DNA from: Patescibacteria group bacterium
GTDB lineage: Bacteria; Patescibacteriota; UBA1384; 2-12-FULL-50-11
Reading direction: 5' to 3'
Length of the DNA: 64,000 bases
Assembly (NCBI GenBank): GCA_016861245.1
Contig: BOKZ01000001.1
Span: 77,107-141,106 of the forward strand
The notes beneath the pieces are model-generated. The model was not told the DNA's origin. It did not search any database and worked only from the letters and a program-made list of their open reading frames with translations. A program made the translations under genes and the position numbers. This document shows positions 42,061-52,326 of this stretch, piece after piece. How positions within the stretch are numbered: the stretch's first letter is position 1; every line of letters starts with the position of its first letter.

Positions 42061-43926
42061 TTAAATACGATCGACTAACCCAGGTCTTATTTCAGAGAGA
42101 AACCGACTCGGTACCGTTGAAGTCATGCCGCCGTGAATCATTCTGGTTCGCGCCCAAGTTAAATAAAGTCGTTTGCGCGCTCGAGTCATGCCGACGTAAC
42201 AAAGACGGCGCTCTTCGTCCATTTCCGAATCGTCTTCAAGCGCTCGCATATGCGGGAAGAGCCCTTCTTCTAAACCAGTTAGAAATACCGTCGTAAATTC
42301 GAGACCCTTCGAAGAGTGGAGAGTCATTAAAGTAACGGCGTCGGCGTTTGGATCGAAATTATCGACGTCGGAAACGAGTGCTACGTGCTCCAAAAAGTCT
42401 TCAACAGTCTCGAATTCAGCGCTGAGATTTTGCAGCTCTTCCACGTTTTCCATCCGAGCCTCACCTTCCGGCGTTCCGTCGTTTAAGAACTCCTTATAAC
42501 GTGTTATCTGCAACAAACGCTCCAGACTGGCAGTCGGCGTGTTTTGCGACACGAATTCGCGAAGCAGCTGCATCTCGGATAGAAACTGTTGCACTTTCTC
42601 GCCACCCTTCTCGAACGTCTTTGGGCCGATACCGCGCGGCGGAACGTTAACGATCCGAGCCAACGAGTGTGTATCGTTCTCGTTTCGTAAATATCGTAAA
42701 TACGCTAAGATATCTTTTACTTCTTTGCGTTCGTAGAATCTAAGCGCTCCGACCAACCGATACGGCACGCCTTCAGCGAGTAATACTTCTTCGATGACAC
42801 GAGATTGGGCGTTGGTTCGGTACAAAATCGCCACGTCCGACCAGCTTGATCCCATCGCTCTAAGCGAACGCGACTCGGTGACGATAAAGTCGGCTTCGGC
42901 GTACGCGTTGTTCGCTTCGTAAACGGTAATTGGGGCGCCACCGGTGTTTTCTGTCCAAATTTTTTTATCAGAACGTCGCTTAACTTTGGCGATAATATCG
43001 GCCGCGCCGTCGATGATCGTTTGGGTAGAACGATAATTCTGCTCAAGTTTTACAACCGTGGTGTTGGGAAAATCTCGATTAAAATTCAAAATATTATGGA
43101 AGTTAGCGCCGCGCCATCCGTAGATAGACTGAAAATCGTCACCAACGACACAAAGATTGTTGGTCTGTGGATTGGTTAGTAGCCTAGTAAGCTTGTACTG
43201 CGCCTTGTTGGTATCTTGGTACTCGTCAACCATCACGTACTTAAATTGCTGTTGGTACTTTTTGGCGATGTGGGGATGTTTCTCTAAAAGCCTGACCGTT
43301 GTAAAAATTAGATCGTCAAAGTCCAGCGCCGAGAGCTTACCGAGTTCTTTCTGGTACTCAACATATACTTCGTGCGCGATTTCTTGAAAGTGACCTTGTG
43401 CAAACGGCTCGAACTCGTCCGGTGTCATCAACTCGTTTTTGGCGTTGCTAATAATCGAGCGGATCGCTTGAGCAGAGTACTGTTTCGGATCGAGATTTTT
43501 CTTTTTGCAGATTTGCTTAATCAGCGAAATCGTGTCGTCCGAATCAAGGATAGTGAATGTCGGTGAGAGTCCGAGCTCAGTCGCTTCGTTGCGCAGAAGC
43601 CGCACGCAGATCGAGTGGAACGTTCCGACCCAAGGTAAGTAGCGCCTAATCTGAAATTGTGTCGTCTTGCCGTGATGGACGGTTATTCCGAGAATATCGA
43701 GGATTCGTGTCGCCAACTCCCCGGCTGCTTTGTTGGTAAAAGTGATCGCCAAGATCTGATTGAGTTCGGCTTTTTTCTCGGTCACGACATACGCTAATCG
43801 ATGGGTCAGACACTTCGTTTTACCCGAACCGGCGCCGGCCAAAATCAAAACCGGTCCCTCCGTTGCGCGAACCGCCTCTGCTTGGGCAGCGTTAAGACCG
43901 TCAAAAATAATGTCCTTCTCAGCCAT
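42061..43926 (-). CDS. pcrA: PcrA/UvrD helicase
   Basis: AGAGSGKT, TFTNKAA, DEYQD, LEQNYRS, EERRLCYV. Confidence 0.95.
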   Translation of the reverse strand: MAEKDIIFDGLNAAQAEAVRATEGPVLILAGAGSGKTKCLTHRLAYVVTEKKAELNQILAITFTNKAAGELATRILDILGITVHHGKTTQFQIRRYLPWVGTFHSICVRLLRNEATELGLSPTFTILDSDDTISLIKQICKKKNLDPKQYSAQAIRSIISNAKNELMTPDEFEPFAQGHFQEIAHEVYVEYQKELGKLSALDFDDLIFTTVRLLEKHPHIAKKYQQQFKYVMVDEYQDTNKAQYKLTRLLTNPQTNNLCVVGDDFQSIYGWRGANFHNILNFNRDFPNTTVVKLEQNYRSTQTIIDGAADIIAKVKRRSDKKIWTENTGGAPITVYEANNAYAEADFIVTESRSLRAMGSSWSDVAILYRTNAQSRVIEEVLLAEGVPYRLVGALRFYERKEVKDILAYLRYLRNENDTHSLARIVNVPPRGIGPKTFEKGGEKVQQFLSEMQLLREFVSQNTPTASLERLLQITRYKEFLNDGTPEGEARMENVEELQNLSAEFETVEDFLEHVALVSDVDNFDPNADAVTLMTLHSSKGLEFTTVFLTGLEEGLFPHMRALEDDSEMDEERRLCYVGMTRARKRLYLTWARTRMIHGGMTSTVPSRFLSEIRPGLVDRI

Positions 43927-43931
43927 GCTCT

Positions 43932-45293
43932 TTAGGCCTTGGGGTTAATCTTGGCTTTCCGCTCGACGTCAAAGAATCGCGATTGCTCGGCTCGAAAATG
44001 AAGCTCAGCTTCTCCGATCGGACCGTTTCGATGTTTGCGAATAAGCACATCGGTAATACCTTTACGCTCAGTTTCGCGATCGTAATAGTCTTCACGATAC
44101 AAAAACATCACTACGTCGGCGTCTTGCTCGATCGAGCCGGAATCACGAAGATCTGAGAGTTGCGGCATTTTTTTATCTCTAGATTCAACAGCACGCGACA
44201 GCTGCGAGAGCGCCACAACCGGAACATCGAGCTCACGCGCGATCGCTTTAAGCGATCGAGAGATATCGGACACCTGCTGAACCCGGTTGTCGATGTTGCC
44301 GCCAGCGCCGCCATCGATCAGCTGTAAGTAATCAACGACAACTAAACCTAAATTATGGTCAGCTTTAAGCCGACGGGCGCGAGTTCGGATGTCGATCGTA
44401 GTCATCATCGGCGTATCGTCGATAAAGATCGGCGCTTCCGCCAGCGTCCCCATCGCCATACCGATCGCCGGGAAGTCGTCTTCGTGTAAATTACCCGTTC
44501 TAAGCTTCCAGCCGTCAACCATCGCTTGAGCACAGATTAAGCGATCGACGATCTGCTCCTTACTTTGCTCGAGCGAGAAAAAGCCGACCGTCGTTTTACC
44601 TTTTACGGCGGCGTTTAAGGCGATATTAAGCGCAAATGTTGTCTTACCCATGCTCGGACGAGCAGCTAAGATAATGAGATCGGATGGTTGTAACCCGGAG
44701 AGCTTGTTGTCGAGATCGCGAAAACCAGTGGTGACGCCCCGGAGCAATCCTTTCTCGCGATGCAGACGATCGATACGATCGAAACTGCTCGCCAAGATAT
44801 CGGCGATCGGCATAAAATTGTCTTTAACTAATTGGTGGCTCACATTAAACAACGCCTTCTCGGCTTCGTCCAAGATTTCACTAATTTCCTTTTCTTCGTC
44901 GTAACCAAGCTCGGAGATTCGAGAGCCGGCTTGGAGTATTCTTCGGAGCACGGCTTTCTGGCGGACGATCTCGGCGTAGTGAGCGACGTGAATGGCCGTC
45001 GGAACGGCGTTAACCAACTGCGCTAAGTAGGCAGCCCCGCCAATTTCGTCGAATTGTTGGAGCGACTCGAGCTCGTTCGTCAATGTCACAAGATCGATCG
45101 GTGAGCGCTTCTCGTAAAGACGGTTAATCGCTCGGAAGATCGCCTGGTGGTCGGGTCGGTAGAAGTCGGCATCAGTAACGATATCGGCGATTTTATCCAT
45201 CGCATCTTTATTAACTAAGATCGCCCCGAGCACCGCCGCTTCGGCCTCGATATTCTGCGGCGGTAGCTTACTGCCGATCAGATCTTTCTTCAT
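43932..45293 (-). CDS. dnaB: Replicative DNA helicase
   Basis: ARPSMGKT, DYLQL, LSQLSR, DLRDSGSIEQDAD, KHRNGP. Confidence 0.98.
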   Translation of the reverse strand: MKKDLIGSKLPPQNIEAEAAVLGAILVNKDAMDKIADIVTDADFYRPDHQAIFRAINRLYEKRSPIDLVTLTNELESLQQFDEIGGAAYLAQLVNAVPTAIHVAHYAEIVRQKAVLRRILQAGSRISELGYDEEKEISEILDEAEKALFNVSHQLVKDNFMPIADILASSFDRIDRLHREKGLLRGVTTGFRDLDNKLSGLQPSDLIILAARPSMGKTTFALNIALNAAVKGKTTVGFFSLEQSKEQIVDRLICAQAMVDGWKLRTGNLHEDDFPAIGMAMGTLAEAPIFIDDTPMMTTIDIRTRARRLKADHNLGLVVVDYLQLIDGGAGGNIDNRVQQVSDISRSLKAIARELDVPVVALSQLSRAVESRDKKMPQLSDLRDSGSIEQDADVVMFLYREDYYDRETERKGITDVLIRKHRNGPIGEAELHFRAEQSRFFDVERKAKINPKA

Positions 45294-45294
45294 G

Positions 45295-46779
45295 CTAGGA
45301 TGCTACCTCTTCTAGCTCGAAAACGTCAACGACGGTATTCATCACGTCCTCACCGCTTGCCGGCTTAGCCTCTTCGATATCGCTTTTTACTTGGCACTCG
45401 AGAATAAGCCGCTTGCCGTGAACCTTACTGGCCGCTTCTTCAACGAGTTTACGGTTCTTAGTTTCAAACAAACGCTCGGAGTAGAAACGAAACTTAACCG
45501 CCAGCACCAGCTTACTATCAGTGAGCTCTAACAGCTTGGCCGAGCGAACTAACATGTAAAGTGCGTGGTTGTGTTGCTTGATCTCTAGAAGAAACGCGCC
45601 CCAAAAATCTTTAGACTCAAGCGGCTGTGACTCTTGAGAGCTGACAGAATCAACCGACTGTGTCGAGCTCTGATCGTTTACGAATTCGTTCTCTTTCTTG
45701 GTTAAGTCTGTTACTTTCGGCGTGGGAGTGTTGGTCTGTACTACCGGTACCGGCCCGGGAACAGCGCCAGATTTCACAAGCGCCAACAATCGGGTAACGA
45801 TAATTCCGTTTGGATCAGTGGCGACGCGAATGCGTGCTAAGACAAGCAAACACTGCTCGAGTAACGTTGCGTTCTTCTGGATAACGGCCGGGTCTTTCTC
45901 GTCAAAAATTGTTGCTTTTAATCGATCGCACAACTGCCGAACCATCACCGACAGATCCTGACCATCCCGTAGCTGTTTTTGTAAAAATGTCGCCAACGCC
46001 AACGGATCCTGACCTATGACGAGCTCTAAAAGTTTGGCAATAACTTGCTCACTCGGCAAACCGAGAATCTCCCGAAGCTGTTCGGCGCCGAGGTTACTAC
46101 CGTGAGCCGAGACGCTACCGAGAATTGTCAGCGCATCCCGAAATGAGCCGTCGGCGCGCTCAGCGATCAGCTCGATCGCGTCGTTGGTTAGAGTAATCTT
46201 CTCCTTTTTTGCGATGTCTATTAAAACACTGTGAAGCGACTCGATAGAAGCGCGGTGAAACTGGAATCGCTGACAACGAGAGATAATCGTGTCAGGGACT
46301 TTGTGTAGCTCGGTTGTCGCCAAGATAAAGATCGCGTGAGCTGGCGGCTCCTCTAACGTCTTTAACAGCGCGTTAAAGGCTTCTTTGGTTAACATATGAA
46401 CTTCGTCAATGATGTAAACCTTATACTTCAGACTGGTTGGGCTAAATAGAATTCGCTCGCGCAGCTCACGCATCTCATCGATCCCGCGATTTGAGGCGGC
46501 GTCGATTTCGATAATATCGACAGCGCTACCGTTTTTTATCTCTTGGCAGATCGTACATTTATCGCAGGCTTCAGCTGAGCTTGTTCGCTTGGGACAGTTA
46601 AGCGCTTTAGCAAAGAGACGCGCCATCGTTGTTTTACCGGTTCCGCGCGGACCAGAAAATAGATAGGCATGAGCGATCATCTCCTTTTGAAGGGCGCTTT
46701 GGAGACTTTTAGTAATGTGATCCTGCCCAATTACTTCTGTAAATTGGGTCGGTCGGTAGCGTCGATAGATGGCGGACAT
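45295..46779 (-). CDS. dnaX: DNA polymerase III subunit gamma/tau
   Basis: YRRYRP, GPRGTGKT, EIDAAS, DEVHML, SRCQ. Confidence 0.97.
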   Translation of the reverse strand: MSAIYRRYRPTQFTEVIGQDHITKSLQSALQKEMIAHAYLFSGPRGTGKTTMARLFAKALNCPKRTSSAEACDKCTICQEIKNGSAVDIIEIDAASNRGIDEMRELRERILFSPTSLKYKVYIIDEVHMLTKEAFNALLKTLEEPPAHAIFILATTELHKVPDTIISRCQRFQFHRASIESLHSVLIDIAKKEKITLTNDAIELIAERADGSFRDALTILGSVSAHGSNLGAEQLREILGLPSEQVIAKLLELVIGQDPLALATFLQKQLRDGQDLSVMVRQLCDRLKATIFDEKDPAVIQKNATLLEQCLLVLARIRVATDPNGIIVTRLLALVKSGAVPGPVPVVQTNTPTPKVTDLTKKENEFVNDQSSTQSVDSVSSQESQPLESKDFWGAFLLEIKQHNHALYMLVRSAKLLELTDSKLVLAVKFRFYSERLFETKNRKLVEEAASKVHGKRLILECQVKSDIEEAKPASGEDVMNTVVDVFELEEVAS

Positions 46780-46851
46780 ACTGAAACGATACTGCCACGA
46801 AACGCCTCAAAAGTCACGCCATAATTTGCTAGGATACATACGGAGGGGAAA

Positions 46852-48747
46852 TTGGCCGTAACTAACGACATTATTAAAAAAATTAGTCAGAAAACGTCGA
46901 TGCCGACCTTTAAGGTCCGAGCGTATTTGCGCGGCGCGACAGATGTAATTGGCGCTGCTCTTCAAGAAGGTGAGAAAGTTGAGCTGCCAGAACTCGGCAC
47001 ATTTAAACTTCTCCGATTGCCGATCCGAAAAGTTGAGACAAATTTCGGCGGTAAAAAACAAGTACTTAAACTAGCCGCAACGACAACACCGGATTTCGAC
47101 ATCAGTGAGACGCTGAAGCCGCTGGTTCGCTCTACTCCGCCGTCGCAAGCACCGCAGCAGCCGGTTGAAGATAACTTTCGTATCAGCCCGCTACACAATC
47201 GTGAAAGTAGCGTTCAGTTTATCGAATTAAACGGTAAGGTTATCCCGAAAACGATTTTGGCGCTAGTTCCGGAGAATCTAGCTAAAAAATACCAGGCTGT
47301 GCCGTTTGCCCTAGAAGAGAAAGTACTCTCGATCGCGATGACCGATCCGGAGAACGAAGAGGCGTTCAACGCCATCAGAAAAACCTCTGGAAAAATTCTC
47401 AAACCGTTTTTAACTACTCAAGAAGATATTAATTATATTCTCGATCAATATTCGGCACTACAATCAGAGCTAAACGAACTAGTCGAAAACTCTGAGACCG
47501 ACGATATCTCGACTATCGAAGAGCAAGAAGAAAAGGTTAGCGACGAGGATATAACCGAAACGTCCCCCGCCGCAAAAATAGTTAGCTCACTGCTTAAGCG
47601 CGGCGTGCGCGAGAAAGCTTCAGATATCCATATCGAGCCAAGCGAAGACGACGTACAGGTGCGGTTTCGTGTCGACGGCGTTTTGCGCAAAGTCCTGGCT
47701 CTACCAAAAGAAGTTCAGCCAGCGCTTATCTCACGGATAAAAATTCTGTCGAATTTAAAGATCGATGAAACTCGCCTACCGCAAGACGGTCGTATTCAGA
47801 TCTTACTCGACGCTAACAAAATAGATTTCCGTATCTCAACGATTCCCACCGTAAACGGCGAGAAGATTGTGGCTCGAATTCTTGACCACTCGAAAGGAAC
47901 GTTAACGTTCGATCAGCTCGGTGTCCGCGGCCGGTCGCTAACCGTATTACAAGAAAATATTAAAAAAGCGCACGGTATGACGTTAGTAACCGGACCGACC
48001 GGTTCCGGTAAATCGACGACGCTTTACGCTATCGTTAGCCAAATTAAAGACGACGGCGTCAATATCGTAACAATGGAAGATCCGGTCGAATATCGAATGC
48101 CAGGCGTCAACCAAAGCCAGGTAAACTCTAAAATTGGTTTCACGTTCACGAGCGGTTTACGCTCAATTTTGCGACAAGACCCAGACGTCGTAATGGTTGG
48201 TGAAATTCGCGACAAGGAAACTGCCGACATCTCGATTAACGCTGCGCTTACAGGTCACATCGTGCTTTCGAGTCTACACACCAACGACTCAGCCGGTGCG
48301 CTGCCACGTCTGTTAGATATGGGAATCGAGCCGTTTTTGATCACCTCTTCGACAAACGCCATCATCGCTCAAAGGTTATGCCGAAAGATCTGCGAAAAAT
48401 GCCGCCAGGAGGATATGGTTAAGCCAGAAGACGTCGAGCTAATTAAAAAAGAGATTGAAAGTCTTCCGGAGCTGGAGCGCGGCGAAGCTTCAAAGAAAAA
48501 AGCCTTTTACAAGGGCGCCGGCTGCGCGGCTTGCGGTAAAACTGGTTACAAGGGCCGTATCGGTATCTTTGAGATATTAACGGTAACCGAAGGCGTTAAA
48601 ACATTAACCTTAAAAAGAGCGTCAAATAGCGACATTTTAGCTCAGGCAAAGCAAGACGGTTTAATCACGATGCGCCAAGACGGTATCCTTAAAGCGCTCG
48701 ACGGGTTAACAACGATCGAGGAGATCTGGCGAGTTACAAAAGAATAA
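46852..48747 (+). CDS. pilB: Type IV pilus assembly ATPase PilB/GspE with an N-terminal HU/IHF-like domain
   Basis: ASDIHIEP, RLPQDGR, GPTGSGKST, LRQDPD..GEIRD, tetra-Cys. Residues ~1-92 are HU-like. TTG start with GGAGG SD. Confidence 0.92.
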   Translation: MAVTNDIIKKISQKTSMPTFKVRAYLRGATDVIGAALQEGEKVELPELGTFKLLRLPIRKVETNFGGKKQVLKLAATTTPDFDISETLKPLVRSTPPSQAPQQPVEDNFRISPLHNRESSVQFIELNGKVIPKTILALVPENLAKKYQAVPFALEEKVLSIAMTDPENEEAFNAIRKTSGKILKPFLTTQEDINYILDQYSALQSELNELVENSETDDISTIEEQEEKVSDEDITETSPAAKIVSSLLKRGVREKASDIHIEPSEDDVQVRFRVDGVLRKVLALPKEVQPALISRIKILSNLKIDETRLPQDGRIQILLDANKIDFRISTIPTVNGEKIVARILDHSKGTLTFDQLGVRGRSLTVLQENIKKAHGMTLVTGPTGSGKSTTLYAIVSQIKDDGVNIVTMEDPVEYRMPGVNQSQVNSKIGFTFTSGLRSILRQDPDVVMVGEIRDKETADISINAALTGHIVLSSLHTNDSAGALPRLLDMGIEPFLITSSTNAIIAQRLCRKICEKCRQEDMVKPEDVELIKKEIESLPELERGEASKKKAFYKGAGCAACGKTGYKGRIGIFEILTVTEGVKTLTLKRASNSDILAQAKQDGLITMRQDGILKALDGLTTIEEIWRVTKE

Positions 48748-49961
48748 TGCCGATCTACAGTTACACGGTCAAAAAGTCTGGCGGTAAGCCTCAAAAAGGT
48801 CAGATCGAGTCTGAGAGCGTGACCGAGGCGACCAAGAAACTACGAGCCGAAGGTTTCTTGGTACTCGAATTAAACGAAGGGGTCGCGCAAGGACATAAGC
48901 TAAATATCGGTTTTCTAACGAAGCGGGTTTCGCTTAAAGAAAAGATAATCTTTACTCGGCAACTGTCGGTCATGATTAAGGCCGGGCTACCAATCGTTAA
49001 ATCGCTCGACGCGCTCAAGCGTCAAACTCAACAGAAGTACTTTAAAGAAGTAATAGAATCGCTTTCGACACAACTCAAAGGCGGCCAAACGCTTTCAAAA
49101 GCGATGATGAAGTATCCAAAAGTCTTCTCCGAAATTTACACCGCTGTTGTTAAAGCCGGAGAAGAAACCGGACAGCTCTCGGACGTACTACTCAATCTTG
49201 CCGATCAACAAGAAAAGGAAGCTGACTTGATCGGGAAAATTAAAGGAGCGATGATCTACCCGATTATCATTCTTCTTTCGTTAGTCGGTGTCGCCGGGCT
49301 AATTGTTTTCTTTGTATTGCCAAGTCTCGAAGGTATTTTCGCTGATTCCGGGCAAGAGCTGCCGATACTAACCAGGATCTTGCTTGGCACTAGTACGGCA
49401 ATTCGAGAGTACTTTCTAATAATTCTGCCGATAATGATCGCCGCCTTTTACGGTATGCGGCTGTGGTTTAAAACGAAAACCGGTCAGGCGTTTTACGATC
49501 GGTTAAAGATCTCTGTGCCGGTATTCGGTTCGCTAACCAAAAAAGTCTATATGGCGCGCTTCTCTCGAACCTTAGCGATGTTAATTAAAGCAAGTTTGCC
49601 GATACTGCTGTCGATCCGCATTATTCGCAAAACAATTAGCAACGTTCACTACGACGCTGCCTTCCAGCGAATCGACAAGCTTGTTGAAAGCGGTAAGTCG
49701 CTCTCAGCAGCGATTGATCGTGAGCCGCTGTTCCCCCCAATGGTTTCACAGCTAACAAGTCTTGGTGAGGAGTCGGGAACGTTGGAAGGAGTTTTGCTTG
49801 AAATTGCCACATTCTACGACAAGGAGGTCGATACGACCTCAAAAAATCTGTCAACGTTACTGGAGCCGTTGCTACTGATTATTATGGGTGTCGGTGTCGC
49901 GTTTGTAGTAGCAGCCGTGCTTGGGCCGATTTACGGCTTAGTTCAAAACTTTGGTGGGTAA
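48747..49961 (+). CDS. pilC: Type IV pilus platform protein PilC/GspF
   Basis: FTRQLSVMIKAGLP, GEETG, AMIYP, GEESG, LLEP. Confidence 0.93.
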   Translation: MPIYSYTVKKSGGKPQKGQIESESVTEATKKLRAEGFLVLELNEGVAQGHKLNIGFLTKRVSLKEKIIFTRQLSVMIKAGLPIVKSLDALKRQTQQKYFKEVIESLSTQLKGGQTLSKAMMKYPKVFSEIYTAVVKAGEETGQLSDVLLNLADQQEKEADLIGKIKGAMIYPIIILLSLVGVAGLIVFFVLPSLEGIFADSGQELPILTRILLGTSTAIREYFLIILPIMIAAFYGMRLWFKTKTGQAFYDRLKISVPVFGSLTKKVYMARFSRTLAMLIKASLPILLSIRIIRKTISNVHYDAAFQRIDKLVESGKSLSAAIDREPLFPPMVSQLTSLGEESGTLEGVLLEIATFYDKEVDTTSKNLSTLLEPLLLIIMGVGVAFVVAAVLGPIYGLVQNFGG

Positions 49962-49998
49962 TAACTGGTGAATTTGGTATGGTAATAACGGAGGGAAC

Positions 49999-51048
49999 GT
50001 GGCAAAAACAATAATCGGGCTCGACATTGCGTACAACTCTTTAAAGGTCTGTGGCCTCAATAAACAGGGCAAGCAGTACCGGCTCGTTGGGATGAACGTC
50101 GCCAACACCCCGGCTGATCCCTGGAAGGCAGAAGAGCTCCAGCAACGCGAAGAGATAGCTAAAATTCTCAAAGACGCTCTCGCTAACGCCAAACCTGGCG
50201 CAATTAACGGTAAAGAACTGATGATCGCACTACCTGAGTTGGTTGTGTTCTCTACTACTGTTGCCATTCCAGCGCTAAGCAAAAAAGATCTCGAACAAGC
50301 ACTGCCGTACGAGATCGCGGAACGATTATCTATTAATCTCGACGAGTATTATATTGATTACGAGATTAGCCCGAGCCTCTGTCGCCCGCTCGTTGATATC
50401 CCAACGCCACAAGAATCAAAAGAGAAGCCCGAAACAAAAGCGCCTGAAAAACCAACCAGCAACGAACCTGAAGACACGACCATTATCGGCGCCGTTGTAT
50501 TTGCCGCGGCGGCGAAAAAGTCGCTGATCGAGTCGTTAATAGAGTTTGCGGAACTTGCTGGGCTGCACTTAGCCGGCGTTGATATTAAAGCCGGGGCCAT
50601 CGCTCGAGCCGTGGTGCCAGATGAAAAGAAAATTCGGTTAATCCTAGATTTGGGCGCCAGCGCAACGGGTGTAAACGTCGTTGAAGGTCTCTCGCCACGA
50701 CTCGTTTCTTCGGTTCCGCTTGGCACAAAAGTTGAGGCGAACAACCCCGAAAACGACCTAGAGAATTTCAAGAAGAAATCTGGGCCGATCTTTGACGAGT
50801 TAGTTCACGTAACCAAATTTTTTGAGAACCGAATCTGTCCGACTGCCAAGATTGAGGAGATACTAATAACTGGCGGCGGCTCAAATATTCAAAACGTAGC
50901 TGGGTACGTCCAGCAGGAAACCGGTTTACCTGTAATTATTGGTAACCCAATGCAGCACATCAGTAGTCCGCACTACCCAGTACCAAAAGATATAGCCGCA
51001 TCGTTTGCTGATAGCTTTGGGTTATCGATGCGAGAACTGACGAAATGA
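49999..51048 (+). CDS. pilM: PilM (actin-like)
   Basis: IGLDI, LDLGAS, ITGGGS, GNP, GLSMR. Confidence 0.85.
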   Translation: MAKTIIGLDIAYNSLKVCGLNKQGKQYRLVGMNVANTPADPWKAEELQQREEIAKILKDALANAKPGAINGKELMIALPELVVFSTTVAIPALSKKDLEQALPYEIAERLSINLDEYYIDYEISPSLCRPLVDIPTPQESKEKPETKAPEKPTSNEPEDTTIIGAVVFAAAAKKSLIESLIEFAELAGLHLAGVDIKAGAIARAVVPDEKKIRLILDLGASATGVNVVEGLSPRLVSSVPLGTKVEANNPENDLENFKKKSGPIFDELVHVTKFFENRICPTAKIEEILITGGGSNIQNVAGYVQQETGLPVIIGNPMQHISSPHYPVPKDIAASFADSFGLSMRELTK

Positions 51049-51605
51049 TTAATCTTTTACCGCCAGAGCATAAACAACGCAACCGGATCGCTTCTTTATC
51101 ATACTTAATTGCGTTGGTTTACATCATCGTCGGCGTCGTTGTCTTCGTTGGCGCGGCGGCACTCGCAACGTATAACTTAACTGCTTCGGCTGATATCACC
51201 GGCAAGGAAGATCGGATCGCCGCACTTTCAGAACAAAAGAACAAAGATGACGAAATCGCTACTAAAGCTAACTTTATTAGCGATCGCATTAGTAGTCGGG
51301 GGACGTATCAAGAATCGTTCGCATGGGAAGAAACGCTCGATAGTATCGCAAAAGCCACGCCGAGCGAGGTACGACTAAAGAGCATTAAAAGCACCGTCGA
51401 CTCGAAAACTAAAAAAGTAGCAATTATTCTTCAGGGTATCTCCTCAGATCGACGCTCAGTACTACTGTTTAGAAGTAAACTTGCTGAAGAAAAGACGTTT
51501 AGCGCACCATTTATCCAACAACTCAACGAAGTAGCCACCAACAACAATAAAGAGTTTGATTTCACAATTGAACTAGGAGTACAAACCGATGCTGTTAAAA
51601 AGTAA
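51045..51605 (+). CDS. pilN: PilN
   Basis: MINLLPP motif then TM; follows pilM. Confidence 0.85.
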   Translation: MINLLPPEHKQRNRIASLSYLIALVYIIVGVVVFVGAAALATYNLTASADITGKEDRIAALSEQKNKDDEIATKANFISDRISSRGTYQESFAWEETLDSIAKATPSEVRLKSIKSTVDSKTKKVAIILQGISSDRRSVLLFRSKLAEEKTFSAPFIQQLNEVATNNNKEFDFTIELGVQTDAVKK

Positions 51606-52326
51606 ATTCTTTTGGGTTACAACGATTATCTTTCTTGTAGTTGCGCTCGGCGCACTTTGGCGACTCTACCCGCCGATTTTGTCCCAGCTGAAGGAAAATA
51701 ACGAGAAATCTAAGCAGTTAGACGCCGATTTAGAAGCGGCCGAGGCGTACAGCAAGAGTATTGCAGCGCTAAAAGATGAGACAGATCAATTGGATGATGC
51801 GTATCAATTAGCCGAGCGCGCCCTACCTGTTAGTGCCCAGACCGACTTATTATTACTGGAGTTGGAGGGTCTTTTGAACGATCTGGGATTAGGAAGCGTA
51901 AAGATTACCGTGCCGTTCCAAAACACAACACCCGTTTCTAGCACCTCGAGTGCCGACGGCGCAGAGCGACCAGGAGGAGCAGCGACCACTACCAAGCCGG
52001 TCGTAAAAGGCTCGAGCGCGACAACCACATTTACCCTCAACGGAGAGATCACTTACACTCAGCTTAAGACTCTCTTGGCTAGATTGCGAACGTTCTCACG
52101 CTGGAACAAAATTACTTCAATCGATATCGCTAAAGCGGCCGACAAGTACACTACAACTGTCACGGCCGAGTTCTTTACAAAGCCAGCCCCAACTCAGGAG
52201 ACAAGCATTACTTCAGCAAAGATTCTTGAGCAAGCTAAAACGATTTTCGGCGGTCTTCGCGTTTACACAACTAAGCCAGACGCTACCAAAGAGGGTTCGT
52301 ACGGTAAGGGAAATCCGTTCGAGTAG
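51589..52326 (+). CDS. pilO: PilO-like protein
   Basis: TM, coiled coil, ALP, YTQLKTLL..L....R; position after pilN. Confidence 0.7.
   Translation: MLLKSKFFWVTTIIFLVVALGALWRLYPPILSQLKENNEKSKQLDADLEAAEAYSKSIAALKDETDQLDDAYQLAERALPVSAQTDLLLLELEGLLNDLGLGSVKITVPFQNTTPVSSTSSADGAERPGGAATTTKPVVKGSSATTTFTLNGEITYTQLKTLLARLRTFSRWNKITSIDIAKAADKYTTTVTAEFFTKPAPTQETSITSAKILEQAKTIFGGLRVYTTKPDATKEGSYGKGNPFE

Noticed and set aside
45295-46779. Programmed frameshift in dnaX
   Set aside because: No A-AAA-AAG slippery site or long A run with a downstream hairpin was noticed in the linker.
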